From Mobiluncus sp. (GTDB lineage Bacteria; Actinomycetota; Actinomycetes; Actinomycetales; Actinomycetaceae), in assembly GCF_034180645.1 (NCBI RefSeq), contig NZ_JAXFNY010000016.1, positions 67,006 through 131,005 on the forward strand: a stretch of DNA of 64,000 bases, read 5' to 3'. The position numbers and the translations under genes are program-made. This document shows, in pieces, positions 26,334 to 37,535 of the stretch (position 1 is the first letter of the stretch; every line of letters begins with the position of its first letter). The notes under the pieces are model-generated. The model saw only the letters and a list, made by a program, of their open reading frames with translations, did no database searches and had not been told where the DNA came from.

Positions 26334-27413
26334 CTACTTATCTTCGTGGCTTTTCACGATTGCTTCCCACAGTCCGCCGAGGTAGACCGCCCCGAGCGCC
26401 CGGTCGTAGAGGGGGTATCCGGGTCGGCCCGTTTCCCCCCAAATCATGCGACCGTGGTCCGGACGAATATAGACGTCCGGGTTGGTTTCATAGATAGCCT
26501 CCAAAATAGCGTACATATCTAGACTGCCGGTGGAGGACGGGTGGGGAGCCTCGTGGAACTTCTTCGGCCCTAGATACTTGACGTTGCGCACGTGAGCGGC
26601 GTTCATCAAACCGCGCTTGCCGAATTCGCGGAAAATCGCGGGAACATCATTGTCGGGATTGGATCCCAGCGAACCCGCACAGATGCAGAAGCCGTTGAAG
26701 CCGGAATCGTAGAGACCAGCAATCTTGTCCATGTCATCGCGATTTCGATAGATGCGCGGCAGCCCGAACAAATCCCAGGCCGGATCGTCGGGGTGGCACG
26801 CCATCTTGATACCGACCTTTTCTGCCGTGGGAATGATGCCTTCCAGGAAGTATCGGTAGTTGGCGCGCATTTTCTCGTGGTCAACCTCCTGATACTGTGC
26901 CATCACCGTATCCAGATGAGCCAGGCGTTCCGGCTCCCATCCGGGCAGAGTTAGCCCGCCGGATTCCTTCGCGGTCAGCTCCACAATGTCGCGCGGGGTC
27001 ATGCCCTCAATCTGGGCATGGTCGTAGTACAGGCAGTTGGAGCCGTCCTCGGTGACGTGGGCCAGCTCGGTGCGCAGCCAGTCAAAGACGGGCATGAAGT
27101 TATAAATCACGACCTTCACACCGCACTTTGCCAGGTTCTCCAGACACTTGTTGTAGGCGTCTATGTATTTGTCGCGCGTGGGCAGACCCAGCTTGATATC
27201 CTCGTGCACGTTGACGGATTCGATAACTTCGCATTCGAGCCCGGCAGCGTGAACGCCGTCAATCATCTCCCTGATTTCGTGTTCTTCCCACACTTCCCCG
27301 GCGGCCTTGCCGTTCAAGGTGCCCATGATTCCGGTCATTTCCGGGATTTGTTTGATGTAGCGCAGCGGAATCGGGTCGTATCCTTCTCCGTACCAGCGGA
27401 ATGTCATCTTCAT
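26334..27413 (-). CDS. uxuA: mannonate dehydratase
   Basis: 359 aa. [24 protein letters not shown] is a canonical UxuA start. Confidence 0.9.
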   Translation of the reverse strand: MKMTFRWYGEGYDPIPLRYIKQIPEMTGIMGTLNGKAAGEVWEEHEIREMIDGVHAAGLECEVIESVNVHEDIKLGLPTRDKYIDAYNKCLENLAKCGVKVVIYNFMPVFDWLRTELAHVTEDGSNCLYYDHAQIEGMTPRDIVELTAKESGGLTLPGWEPERLAHLDTVMAQYQEVDHEKMRANYRYFLEGIIPTAEKVGIKMACHPDDPAWDLFGLPRIYRNRDDMDKIAGLYDSGFNGFCICAGSLGSNPDNDVPAIFREFGKRGLMNAAHVRNVKYLGPKKFHEAPHPSSTGSLDMYAILEAIYETNPDVYIRPDHGRMIWGETGRPGYPLYDRALGAVYLGGLWEAIVKSHEDK

Positions 27414-29032
27414 TTGTTGTACTCCTTATCGAGGGTTGAGCGCACGGCACCAGTGCCGGCGATGAGCTGCAAAAAGTATTGTTCGGTCGCCTGCGCCAGC
27501 GGCGTGGCGTACAGGTCGGTGCGAAAGATGTCGGTGTCGGAAAGTATCGGGTAAAGTGCCTGGTGAACCTCTTTTGCGGTATGGTTTCCACCGAGGGTGA
27601 TTCCCGCCACGTGCTTGTGCAGTTCGTCGTATCTGGGGTCGGATGCCGGCTCGAAAGGCTGACCGTCGTCGCCGATACCCATCAGGAAACGGCACCACAG
27701 AGCGAAAACGAACGGAATCGCCCGCAAAGTCTCGAGGTCAAGTCCGCGCGCCAGATACTTTTTGATGGTTTCGCCGAAGCGAATGGGAATCTTTTGTGAG
27801 GTATCCATGGCGATGCGCGCCGGATTGTCCGGCAAATACACGTTCGGCAGCCGCACTTCCAGCACCTCGCGCAGGAAGTCCTCGGGCTTTACCACCACCG
27901 GATTCGCCACGACCGGCAGCCCTTCCTTCCACCCCAAGTCATGCACGAGTGCGCTCAGCGCCGGATCGCGCATTTCGGCGTCAATAGTTGGGAAACGTAG
28001 CAGGGAGCCAGCCACTGCCAGCGCGGTGTGCAGGGGATTCAGGCAGGTCGTGACCTTCATGTTTTCAAAATCGTCGCAAATCTCGCGTTTCACGACCAGC
28101 ACGCCGAGATCATCCCAGTTCGGACGCTCACCCGCGAATTTGTCTTCGATGATGAGGTATTCCACCGGTTCCGTATTCACGAAACCGGCCAGCGGGGTGC
28201 GGTGTGGAGTCTCAACCGCCATATCGCTAAACCCGAGACCAGCGAGTTTTTCGGCAATCACGGGGTTGGGACGCGGGGTGATTTTATCGATAACCGTGAT
28301 CGGGAAAGCCACGTTTTTCTCGTCTGAAAGCCACTCCAGGAAACCTTCCGGTGCGGTTCCGTGTTCCGCCCAGCCGCGCGCAATCCTCAGAATCGATTCG
28401 CGCAGCTTATCGCCGTTATGTGAAAAATTATCGAAACTGAGCAGGGTGATTGGCGCTCCCCCCGCCCTAAACCGCTCGCACAGCAGCACCGCTGAAAGCA
28501 CCATGGTCGAGGCGCGCCACCCTTCGGGATCTAACGGATTGCCGGCTTGAATCGCCGCCTCTACCCCCGGCTGCAGATTCCCGGAACCATCGCTAATAAC
28601 GTAGCCTTTTTCGGTGATGGTGTAGCTCATGAGGGTGACTCCGGGGTCGCGCGCAATCTCCACCAGGCGCGAGAATTCGTCTGCGTCTCGAATCCCCAAA
28701 CTTTCGCTGATTCCAGCCACCACCCGTAAATCCTGGTTTCCGTCTGGGTTCAGAGTGACCTTCAAGGTCATGAGATCATGTTTGTTCAGCTGGGTGCGCA
28801 TATCTGTCGGGTCGCGTGGAGCTACTGCGGTGATCGGCCAGTGTTCCCCGCGCTCCAGCAAATCAGCGGCCATGCGGGCGGGATAGCACCGAAACAAGTT
28901 CCCCGGCCCAATATGAATCCACCGGGGACGTTTCCTGCCTTCCCTTTGCATTTCTGCCACGTCAAAGCCGGGCAGCACAATCTCGGGGGCTTTTGTTCTG
29001 ATATCTTGCAACCCCGCCAGGTTCAACTCCAT
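27410..29032 (-). CDS. uxuB: fructuronate reductase / mannitol dehydrogenase family oxidoreductase
   Basis: 540 aa long-chain mannitol dehydrogenase family ([16 protein letters not shown]). 4-nt overlap with uxuA. Confidence 0.85.
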   Translation of the reverse strand: MELNLAGLQDIRTKAPEIVLPGFDVAEMQREGRKRPRWIHIGPGNLFRCYPARMAADLLERGEHWPITAVAPRDPTDMRTQLNKHDLMTLKVTLNPDGNQDLRVVAGISESLGIRDADEFSRLVEIARDPGVTLMSYTITEKGYVISDGSGNLQPGVEAAIQAGNPLDPEGWRASTMVLSAVLLCERFRAGGAPITLLSFDNFSHNGDKLRESILRIARGWAEHGTAPEGFLEWLSDEKNVAFPITVIDKITPRPNPVIAEKLAGLGFSDMAVETPHRTPLAGFVNTEPVEYLIIEDKFAGERPNWDDLGVLVVKREICDDFENMKVTTCLNPLHTALAVAGSLLRFPTIDAEMRDPALSALVHDLGWKEGLPVVANPVVVKPEDFLREVLEVRLPNVYLPDNPARIAMDTSQKIPIRFGETIKKYLARGLDLETLRAIPFVFALWCRFLMGIGDDGQPFEPASDPRYDELHKHVAGITLGGNHTAKEVHQALYPILSDTDIFRTDLYATPLAQATEQYFLQLIAGTGAVRSTLDKEYNK

Positions 29033-29156
29033 AGTGTCTCCTCCATGCCGGCTCTGTGTACCAGAGTTTTCACTACCGGCGCCTCAGTTTCAATTGTGTC
29101 GCTTGTGGCAACTGGCTGCATAAAATGCCAATTGTTGCCAGATACTTTTACCGGTC

Positions 29157-30053
29157 TCAGGGTATCGTTCTCCAGGGTGGGGTGGCCGGCAACAACTTAT
29201 TAAAGTCAGCTATCAGCTGATCTTGATAGTCGCCACGGAAGCTCCCCTCCAGGAAACGTGGCAAACCCACTTCACGGAACTCCTGCCAGGACTCCGCCTC
29301 GTGACCGGGCCGGATAGGGAACCACAGCACGCCGTTATCAGCTGCGGCATGACCGTCTCCGGGAGCATCGCCGAGCAACAAAATCCGATCCGCATCGTAC
29401 TTTCCCACCGCAGCTTCTGCCAGCTGCTGGGATTTCGTGCCCATTTCCTGCCCGGCGATGAGTGCCATATAGCGCTTGAGGTCGTGTTCTTCCCACTCGT
29501 GGTTGAGCATCTTCAGCGAGGCAGCCGAGACCACCATCGCATCAACCTTCCCCTGCATGGCCTCCATCGCTTCGCGCACCCCGTGGAAGGGCGCGCAGTT
29601 GTGCACAATCCACGCCACCAGTTCGTTTACAATCTCTCCCCACCTGATGCTGCGTTCGATTTCCTCCGAAGGGTGCTGGGCGGCCCACTGCTTGATTCCC
29701 GCCTCGCTGAGCGGCAGCCCAGAAGTCACGAAGCCGTGAAGCTCCCTACCTTCGGGGAGTTTCACCTCGGATTCAAGCACCTCTGGTCGCTGTTTCAACA
29801 GGTCAAACAGCAAATCGAGTCCCGCCCAGCGATTGATGCCGCGATGAATCGAAAACAGATTCATGTAAATCGCGGTTTCGCGGGTCAGAGTGGAGATGGG
29901 CTGCAGGTCAAAGGCCTTAATGTAGGCCGGGGTGAAACACTCGAAGTGCTTGATGTTCATCTGGTCGATGGCACACCCGTCTGAATCAATCCCGATGAAA
30001 AACTCCGTCTGGGGCTTGAAGTCCTCGAGAATCTTGGCCTCGTTCATGCTCAA
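29157..30053 (-). CDS. HAD-superfamily hydrolase
   Basis: 298 aa. Motif I GIDSDGCAID and motif IV LLLGDAPGDGHAA. Confidence 0.7.
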   Translation of the reverse strand: MSMNEAKILEDFKPQTEFFIGIDSDGCAIDQMNIKHFECFTPAYIKAFDLQPISTLTRETAIYMNLFSIHRGINRWAGLDLLFDLLKQRPEVLESEVKLPEGRELHGFVTSGLPLSEAGIKQWAAQHPSEEIERSIRWGEIVNELVAWIVHNCAPFHGVREAMEAMQGKVDAMVVSAASLKMLNHEWEEHDLKRYMALIAGQEMGTKSQQLAEAAVGKYDADRILLLGDAPGDGHAAADNGVLWFPIRPGHEAESWQEFREVGLPRFLEGSFRGDYQDQLIADFNKLLPATPPWRTIP

Positions 30054-30058
30054 CCCTC

Positions 30059-31843
30059 CTAGATCCGCGTGTCCGTAAGACCGCAGAAGGCATCGACCGG
30101 ACTGACCCCCTTGAACTGAGATTTGCCCTCCAGCTTGTCCACCAGGGCTTGCAGCGTGAAAGGTTTATCGTCGTAGCAGTTGATATAGGTCTTGACCTGC
30201 GGCACGTCCACCAGGGCGTAGGGCGTGGCGGTGGACACATAGATAGTGGGCAGTTCATGGACATACCAGGGTATATCCACCGTCCCCTTCGTGGCCGGCC
30301 ACATCACTCTCTCGGTAGGCTGCATCATGCCGTCAATCTTGGAAATCAGGAGCACCAGGTCGTAACGCTCGGTGAGGTTTGCAATCGGCGCCTTACCGGC
30401 ATAAACATTCTTGACTGCTTCCCCCTGTTCCTCCGGGGTCATCTCGGCGAGTTTATCCAATAGGGATTCGTGACGATCCACTTCGTAGCCACGTTCACGC
30501 AATATTTCCGCTACGCGGTCCGCCGGGTGAGTCGCTTCCCCACCGCCTCCGAAAGCCCTCGAAATCGGATTTTGCGGCCCGGAAACCGAAACCACCAGCA
30601 CGCGGCGGTGCGTGGCGGGAGAAATCGGCAGGTTCTCAGGCTGCTTGTGCTTCACCAAAGTGATGGCGTCCTCCGCCAACTTCGGTGCCACCGCCGTGTT
30701 CTCGGGCAGCCCGATTCGGCTCATCGCCTCGGCTTTGGGGGTGAGGATTTCTTCTCGCGGGGTGCGGTGCAAGCCCAGACGCGCCTTCAACCCCAGGATT
30801 CTCTCCAGGGCATTCTGGAGGGTGTCTGCGCTGATACGACCGTCTTTGACGCCCTGCATCATCCACGCAAAGTCCTCGTCGGGATCGTTGAAGAACAGGA
30901 ACAGGTCGATTCCCGCCCCAATCGCCGCCGGGAGGATATCGCTGCGCTTCATGGCGCCCGTCATCGCCACCATGTGTGACGCGTCGGTGACGACGACGCC
31001 GTTAAACCCGAGTTTGCCTCGCAGCAGCCCCGTGATGAGTTCCGGGCTCAAGGTTGCTGGCAGCAAGTCGTCATCGCTGATTCCGGGGTTGAAGTGCTTT
31101 TGATAGGCCGGCTGCATAATGTGGCCCACCATGATGGAGGGCAGCCCATCGTCAATCAAGCCTTTATACACCTTGCCGAAGGTCTGGTCCCACTGCTCGC
31201 AAGTGTAGGAGTTCACCGAATTCGACAGGTGCTGGTCGCGTTCGTCCAGTCCGTCGCCGGGAAAGTGCTTGGCTGCCGGCATGATGCCGGACTCCATAAT
31301 GCCGCGCATATAGGCACGTGAGAGAGCCAGCACGCGATCGGGGTCGTCGCTGAAGGCACGGTTGGACAGAATCGGGTTATGCCAGTTACGCATAATGTCC
31401 ACAATCGGGGCAAAACTCCAGTTGCAGCCGATGGCCCCGGCTTCCACCCCGGAAACCCTGCCCATCTCGTAGGCGTATTTCTCGCCGAGTTCGCCAGGCG
31501 CCGCCCCGATTTTGACTTCGTAGCCCACGTAGGTGCCGTCTGTGCAGGCGCCGTTGCCACCGGCTTCGGTGTTCGCCGCAATCAGCAGCGGAATCTTGGA
31601 TTTGGTTTGCAGAATGTAGTTCTGTTCCCAAACCTCCTCCGCGCTGCCGGGGTTGTAGCGCACCGCTCCAATGTGGTAGCGGTCGAGCACATCGGTGAGG
31701 TATTCCTCAGAGCGCTCGGCCCCCATGTTTACAAAGAGCTGCCCGACTTTCTCTTCCAGACTCATATTCGCAATCGTGTCGCGCACCCACTTGGCGTCCT
31801 CTTCGCTGAGGTTATAGGGTTTAGCGCTCAAATCAACCATGTT
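30059..31843 (-). CDS. glycoside hydrolase family 3 protein (cytoplasmic)
   Basis: GH3 N-terminal domain (KHFPGDGLDERDQH, GFNGVVVTDA). I chose ATG 31843 (MVDLSAK), which is preceded by AGGAAAGGA. No signal peptide. Confidence 0.85.
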   Translation of the reverse strand, partial: NMVDLSAKPYNLSEEDAKWVRDTIANMSLEEKVGQLFVNMGAERSEEYLTDVLDRYHIGAVRYNPGSAEEVWEQNYILQTKSKIPLLIAANTEAGGNGACTDGTYVGYEVKIGAAPGELGEKYAYEMGRVSGVEAGAIGCNWSFAPIVDIMRNWHNPILSNRAFSDDPDRVLALSRAYMRGIMESGIMPAAKHFPGDGLDERDQHLSNSVNSYTCEQWDQTFGKVYKGLIDDGLPSIMVGHIMQPAYQKHFNPGISDDDLLPATLSPELITGLLRGKLGFNGVVVTDASHMVAMTGAMKRSDILPAAIGAGIDLFLFFNDPDEDFAWMMQGVKDGRISADTLQNALERILGLKARLGLHRTPREEILTPKAEAMSRIGLPENTAVAPKLAEDAITLVKHKQPENLPISPATHRRVLVVSVSGPQNPISRAFGGGGEATHPADRVAEILRERGYEVDRHESLLDKLAEMTPEEQGEAVKNVYAGKAPIANLTERYDLVLLISKIDGMMQPTERVMWPATKGTVDIPWYVHELPTIYVSTATPYALVDVPQVKTYINCYDDKPFTLQALVDKLEGKSQFKGVSPVDAFCGLTDTRI

Positions 31844-31938
31844 TTTTCCTTTCCTAAATGTCACGTCGGACCGGGTTTCTTGTTGCGGAGGAACCCGGAA
31901 TCCTCGCCGGAGATTGCTGCCCCGTCCCCAGAGGATTT

Positions 31939-33399
31939 TTAGTCTCCGTCAGGGGCACCCTGCGCAGCCTTCTTGGCTTCGCGACGCCGGCTCAGCTCCT
32001 CGGTATTGGCCATAACCTGTTTGCGGCTCAGAGGATAGATGAAGAGGAAAATCAGTCCCACAACCACAATAATGGCGGCAGGAACCAGCAGATAGAGAGT
32101 ATAAATGCCCTGCAGAGTCTCGGGGGACTGGTGACCTCCCGCTTTTGCGACCTCCGCATCGTAACCCACCGTGCTAATGGCGAATCCGACCAGCCAACCG
32201 GCCAGAGCTTGACCGAGCTTGCGTGCCCACGAGTAGATGGCATAAACCGTACCGTCGTCACGCTCCCCGCTCTTGAGTTCCTGATAATCCAGCACGTCAG
32301 TCAGCACAGCCCAGATGAGGATATTGAAGGTATTGGGTCCCAACTGGATGAAGAAGAGAATCACCACGAAAACAACCGCGCTCTTGATTCCCAGCATCCA
32401 GGTCACGAAGCAGATTATGGAAGTAAAGAACATTGCTCCCACAATGATTTCTTTCTTCCCCAGTTTCATAGCCATCGGGGTGGCAATAAGAGAGAGCAAG
32501 AATACCGGCACAATCGAAACTACCTGACCGGTGCTCATCATGCCGGCATCTTCAAAATAGTCCTTCCACAAGTAGGCCAGCGTGCCGCTCATCAAGAAGT
32601 TTGCCAGCAGGAACAGCAGCGCCCCGAGTACCAGTGCCCACAGCGGACGGTTCGTCAGCAGGGTCTTTAGGAAGCCCTGCGTATCACCGCCCTTTGCTTT
32701 TTCAGCAGCGATTTCTTCGCGGGTCTTGCGCTTGAAAACAATACGTTCGGTCACCATCGAGTAGCACGCCAGGTAGCAGGCGACGGCGCAAATTCCGCAG
32801 ACAATAGCGGCACCAGCCATGCGGGTGGCGTCCATCTTATTGTTGACGAAAATTACGCGAGGCAGCACGGCAGAAATCGTCAGAAAAGCCAGCTGACCAC
32901 CCACGGAACGGAACACCGACAGCGAAGTGCGGTGCTTGGGATCGGTGGAAATAACCGCCGCCATGGAACCATAGGGAATATTAATCGAGGTATAGAAGAT
33001 TGATCCCCAGATAAAGTAGGTAACCACCATATAGGTAACACGAACCGCATAACTGGAGTCCACCACGAACGGCATATACATCATGGTGGAAGCCAGGGCT
33101 ACCGGGATACACATCCGCAGAATCCAGGGGCGGAAACGCCCTTTCTTACTGGGTTTCAGCAGGTCGAGCAGGCGCCCCATGCCGACATCGGTAAATGCAT
33201 CCACGATACGCGCCACTAGGAACAAAGTTCCCACGTGAGCCGGATTAATGCCCATGACATCGGTGTAAAACACCATGAAAAACATCATTTGGAGCAAAAA
33301 GGTGAAGTCGTTTCCGAAGTCACCGAACATATAGCCAATCTTGTCACGCAGCCCGAAAGGACGTTTTTTCGTTGCAGGCGTGGAGTTTGAGTTTGCCAT
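31939..33399 (-). CDS. glycoside-pentoside-hexuronide (GPH):cation symporter
   Basis: 486 aa, 12-TM MFS-like. N-terminus KIGYMFGDFGNDF and LVARIVDAFTD are typical of the GPH/UidB/YicJ family. Divergent from uidA. Confidence 0.85.
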   Translation of the reverse strand: MANSNSTPATKKRPFGLRDKIGYMFGDFGNDFTFLLQMMFFMVFYTDVMGINPAHVGTLFLVARIVDAFTDVGMGRLLDLLKPSKKGRFRPWILRMCIPVALASTMMYMPFVVDSSYAVRVTYMVVTYFIWGSIFYTSINIPYGSMAAVISTDPKHRTSLSVFRSVGGQLAFLTISAVLPRVIFVNNKMDATRMAGAAIVCGICAVACYLACYSMVTERIVFKRKTREEIAAEKAKGGDTQGFLKTLLTNRPLWALVLGALLFLLANFLMSGTLAYLWKDYFEDAGMMSTGQVVSIVPVFLLSLIATPMAMKLGKKEIIVGAMFFTSIICFVTWMLGIKSAVVFVVILFFIQLGPNTFNILIWAVLTDVLDYQELKSGERDDGTVYAIYSWARKLGQALAGWLVGFAISTVGYDAEVAKAGGHQSPETLQGIYTLYLLVPAAIIVVVGLIFLFIYPLSRKQVMANTEELSRRREAKKAAQGAPDGD

Positions 33400-33704
33400 C
33401 GAAGTTCCTTTGCTTCTCGAATTCCCTCCCGGTTAGCAGCGTCGCTAGCAGGTAAACGAGGTACCACGTTGGGATAAAAACATCTTCACACCTTAAACAG
33501 AGGTTGCGGATGCAGTTGCCAATAATTGCCGAGAATTCTCCTCCAAAACCCCAAATAGGAAATATATTGGATAAAACGCGACTTTGTGGCAACTTTTAGC
33601 AACAACGTGGTATTGGGCTGATTTTCTGGTTGCATTAGTTTTAGACGGGCAAAGCAGCCCGCACGGCAGGCCCCGAAGGCCGTAAAACAGTAAGGAGCCA
33701 CCAA

Positions 33705-35486
33705 ATGTTAGCTGTTCGCGAATCATCTTCCCGCAGCGTTTTCGTCCTCGACGGTATCTGGGACTTCACCGTAGACAAGGACAACCAAGGCGTGGAACAG
33801 CGTTGGTTTGCCGCGCCTCTGCCAGAGTCCACGACGATGGCGGTACCGGCCTCGTTCAACGACGTGGTGACGGATGTGGCACTGCGCGACCACGTCGGAT
33901 ACCTGTGGTACCAACGCGAGGTGCGAGTCCCGCGCAACCTGGGCAGAGACCGTCTGGTGCTGCGATTCGGTTCCGCCACGCACTGCGCTATTGTCTGGGT
34001 AAACGACACCGAAGTCATGCGTCACGTCGGAGGATACCTTCCTTTCGAAGCCGACATCACCGACCATATCAGCGGTAAAGAGACCTTCCGTTTGACCGTC
34101 GCGGTGGACAACCGCCTGTCTTGGAACAGCATTCCCCCGGGTTACGTCAAAACCGACTCTACAGGTAGGCGCGTTCAGACCTACTTCCACGACTTCTATA
34201 ACTATGCCGGGATTCACCGCAGCGTGAAGCTCTATACCCGTCCCGAAACCTACGTGAAAGACATCACCGTGGTCACCGAGATTGAAGGCACCACCGGCAT
34301 TGTGAAATATGACGTAGTGACCGGCGGTAGCGGGGATGTGTCCGTGAAGTTGAAGTGCGCCGACGGCAAGGTTGTCGCCAGCGCTGACGGCACGCAGGGT
34401 ACGCTCCGGGTGGAAGACGCGCATTTCTGGGCGCCGGGAGACGGATACCTCTATACCTTGGAGGTACACGCCGGCGAGGACGTGTACCCGCAGACCGTGG
34501 GGATTCGCACCGTAGAAGTCAAGGACTCCCAGTTCCTTATCAACGGCAAACCGTTCTATTTCCGAGGCTACGGGCGTCACGAAGACAATATCGTGCGCGG
34601 CAAGGCCCACGACGACGTCATGATGGTGCACGACTTTGAACTGATGAAGTGGCAGGGAGCGAACTCCTTCAGGACTTCCCACTACCCTTACGCCGAAGAG
34701 GTGATGGATTATGCCGACCGGATGGGATTCGTTGTGATTGACGAAACTCCGGCGGTGGGTTTGAACACCGGGCTTGGCGGAGGAATCTTTGGAGACCAAG
34801 GCTTCAAGACCTTTTCTCCGGAAACTGTTAACGAGAAAACCCAGGAAGCACATCGGCGAGAAATCGAAGATTTGATTGCCCGCGACAAGAACCACCCCTG
34901 CGTAGTTATCTGGTCGATTGCGAACGAGCCAGAAACTAGCACGCCGGAATCACGGGAATACTTCGAGCCTCTGGCCGCCGCCGCCAAGGCGGCCGACCCC
35001 ACCAGGCCGGTGGGTTACGTAAACGTGATGCTCTCCCCGCCAGAACTTGAAAAAATTACCGATCTCTTCGATGTGATTATGCTCAACCGCTACTACGGTT
35101 GGTACGTCAACACCGGGAACTTGGCGGATGCCGAAAAGGCGCTGCGCGACGAGCTGCGCGGCTGGATTGATGACTATCCTGGCAAGCCGATTATCTTTAC
35201 CGAATACGGCCCGGACACCATGCCCGGGCAAGCCGACCTGTATCGTCGTCCCTGGTCAGAAGAGTTCCAGATTGATATGCTCGCTATGTTCCATCGGGTT
35301 TTCGACGACACCCCGCAGGTCGTCGGCGAACAGATGTGGAACTTCGCTGACTTTTTGACGATGCCGGGAATCATGCGCGTGGGCGGCAACAAGAAGGGGA
35401 TGTTCACGCGGGATCGCGCTCCCAAACCGGCCGCCTACGCCGTGAGGGCACGCTGGCTGGCTATGCGCGACGAGCTGGGCTGCTAG
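33705..35486 (+). CDS. uidA: beta-glucuronidase (GH2)
   Basis: 593 aa, UidA-like along its full length (DGIWDFTVD, NSFRTSHYPY, WSIANEP, TEYG). Confidence 0.9.
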   Translation: MLAVRESSSRSVFVLDGIWDFTVDKDNQGVEQRWFAAPLPESTTMAVPASFNDVVTDVALRDHVGYLWYQREVRVPRNLGRDRLVLRFGSATHCAIVWVNDTEVMRHVGGYLPFEADITDHISGKETFRLTVAVDNRLSWNSIPPGYVKTDSTGRRVQTYFHDFYNYAGIHRSVKLYTRPETYVKDITVVTEIEGTTGIVKYDVVTGGSGDVSVKLKCADGKVVASADGTQGTLRVEDAHFWAPGDGYLYTLEVHAGEDVYPQTVGIRTVEVKDSQFLINGKPFYFRGYGRHEDNIVRGKAHDDVMMVHDFELMKWQGANSFRTSHYPYAEEVMDYADRMGFVVIDETPAVGLNTGLGGGIFGDQGFKTFSPETVNEKTQEAHRREIEDLIARDKNHPCVVIWSIANEPETSTPESREYFEPLAAAAKAADPTRPVGYVNVMLSPPELEKITDLFDVIMLNRYYGWYVNTGNLADAEKALRDELRGWIDDYPGKPIIFTEYGPDTMPGQADLYRRPWSEEFQIDMLAMFHRVFDDTPQVVGEQMWNFADFLTMPGIMRVGGNKKGMFTRDRAPKPAAYAVRARWLAMRDELGC

Positions 35487-35557
35487 AATCGCCGCGCCGT
35501 AACACAAGGAAACCGCCACCACCAGCAACACCGAGTGTAGACAAGGAAAGGAGGACA

Positions 35558-36562
35558 ATGTCGCACCGCAAGAAAGTCACAATTTACGACATCGCTGCAG
35601 ATGTTGGCGTGGCGCCGTCCACTGTTTCTCGCGCGCTGTCTCGCCCGGATCGGGTCAGCGCCGACACCGCCGCGCGCATTTTTGCCGCAGCTGAGAGGCT
35701 GGGGTATTCCAGTGTGGGGGCAACCTACAGCGGGGATGCGCACCTGTCGAACATCCTGGTCCTGGTGGTGGCGGACTTGGCTAACCCCATCTACGAGGAA
35801 ATTTCCGAAGGATTTCAACAGGCCGCCGGAGATGCCGGTTACACAACCATTATCCTCAACACGCAGGAAAGCGGTGCCCTGGAACAGAAAACAATTCAGC
35901 AGATTATCGCTCGGGTGGACGGGGTGGCGTTGGCCGCTTCCCGTCTGGACGCCGGTTCAATCAATAAGATCGAGAAGCAGCGCCCCCTCGTGCTGCTCAA
36001 CCGCTACATGAAGGGCCACACCTGCGTGATTCCTGAAACCGAACGCGGGATGACCCACGTATTTCGCTACCTCAGCGATTTGGGACACCGCAGTGTGCTT
36101 TACATCTCGGGACCGGAAATGTCGTGGGCGAACGCGATTCGCTGGCGGGTTGCTTCCCAAATTGCACCGAAGTACGGTCTTACGCTCACCCACACCGACT
36201 ATGTCTCCCCGGATCCGGCAGGAGGAGCGGAGGCATTCGTCACGTGGAACATCACCAATCGCACCAGCGCCGTGCTGGCTTTCAATGACCTGACGGCTGC
36301 CGGTTTCATGCGAGAGGCCCGTGCCCACCAGGTGCGGATTCCCCAGGATGTGTCGGTTGTCGGCATCGATAACTCTTTGTTGACGACACTCGTCTACCCG
36401 GAACTCTCCTCTTTGGCATCCGCCTCACAAGAGATTGGTAAACGCGGAGCGGAATCTCTCATCTGGCAGGTGACGCACCGTTCCAGTCGGGAACGTAAAC
36501 TCCTGCAACTCCCAATCGAGTTCATTCCCCGCGCTTCCACCGGACCGGCGAAAACGTCCTAG
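35558..36562 (+). CDS. LacI-family transcriptional regulator
   Basis: 334 aa. N-terminal HTH VTIYDIAADVGVAPSTVSRAL plus a periplasmic-binding-protein-like sugar-binding core. Confidence 0.9.
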   Translation: MSHRKKVTIYDIAADVGVAPSTVSRALSRPDRVSADTAARIFAAAERLGYSSVGATYSGDAHLSNILVLVVADLANPIYEEISEGFQQAAGDAGYTTIILNTQESGALEQKTIQQIIARVDGVALAASRLDAGSINKIEKQRPLVLLNRYMKGHTCVIPETERGMTHVFRYLSDLGHRSVLYISGPEMSWANAIRWRVASQIAPKYGLTLTHTDYVSPDPAGGAEAFVTWNITNRTSAVLAFNDLTAAGFMREARAHQVRIPQDVSVVGIDNSLLTTLVYPELSSLASASQEIGKRGAESLIWQVTHRSSRERKLLQLPIEFIPRASTGPAKTS

Positions 36563-36724
36563 GACGCAGGGTCTACCCCGATTGGAGGAAACCCCACCCG
36601 GTCGGCGGCGACCCTAGTTCCTAAAGGAATGCACCTCATAATTGCTTTCACGTTCTCACGCCGGTCTTTGACGATTCCTAGATTCACTTTTCATCAGTTT
36701 TGCCCCTTCAGCGATAATGGACTC

Positions 36725-37345
36725 GTGACAACCGCTTTGATTCTGTCAACCCTCGCCCAAGCATTCGTGCTCTTCGTGGTCACTAACATCGACCACTTGA
36801 TGCTGCTGACCTTATGGTTTGTCCACGGTCACCAGCGACCCGGCACAACGTTGCGTATCTGCGCAGGTCAATACCTCGGTTTCAGCGCTATTTTGGCAGC
36901 CACCGTGATCCTGAACCTGATTTCCGGTTTCGTCATACCCGAGGCGCAGCTTCATCTGCTGGGTCTGATACCGCTGGCACTGGGATTGAAAGCCGCAGTC
37001 TGCGAAATCCGGGAGCGCTTGCAGGCTCAAGAATCTGAGGACGAGGACGAAGCAGAATCACAACTAAAAGGGAAAAACGTCAGCGTCGGCGCGGTCGCCC
37101 TGCTCACCATCGCGAACGGAGGCGACGAAATCGGGGTTTATCTGCCGGTTTTTGCCTTGTCGGCCTGGTGGCAAGTCGCTATATTCTGCGCAACGTTTCT
37201 GGTGCTGGCGGGTGCGCTGTTGGCTCTGGCGTGGTTCATTACCGGACGTTTAGGGCTCGCAGAGGTTCTGGAACGATTCGAGGCGGTGCTCTTTCCGAGT
37301 GTGCTTATCCTGCTCGGGGTGCTCATCCTCGCCGGATGGCTCTAG
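36725..37345 (+). CDS. cadD: CadD-family cadmium resistance transporter
   Basis: CadD-like hydrophobic protein (FVVTNIDHLMLLTLWF, GDEIGVYLPVF). A GTG start at 36725 gives ~206 aa, typical of the family. The track ORF starts at 36629. Confidence 0.7.
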   Translation: MTTALILSTLAQAFVLFVVTNIDHLMLLTLWFVHGHQRPGTTLRICAGQYLGFSAILAATVILNLISGFVIPEAQLHLLGLIPLALGLKAAVCEIRERLQAQESEDEDEAESQLKGKNVSVGAVALLTIANGGDEIGVYLPVFALSAWWQVAIFCATFLVLAGALLALAWFITGRLGLAEVLERFEAVLFPSVLILLGVLILAGWL

Positions 37346-37535
37346 GCGGCACACGGTTATCCGGCCAGCTTTGTGTCCCCAGCGCAAACCACTGCCAGCA
37401 CCTCTTTTATCCGCAGAGATGCCGAAGCAATTGTTTCTGCCGCTGGAAATGCCATAAAAATTGAAAAGGGAAACGAATCGATGGCGCCAACTGATAGTGG
37501 AATCGTGTGGCAGCTTGACTTCATCATACGTCGCG

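Noticed and set aside
33723-34895. 390-aa minus-strand ORF
   Set aside because: It lies entirely inside uidA on the opposite strand. UidA (GH2) motifs are unambiguous on the plus strand.
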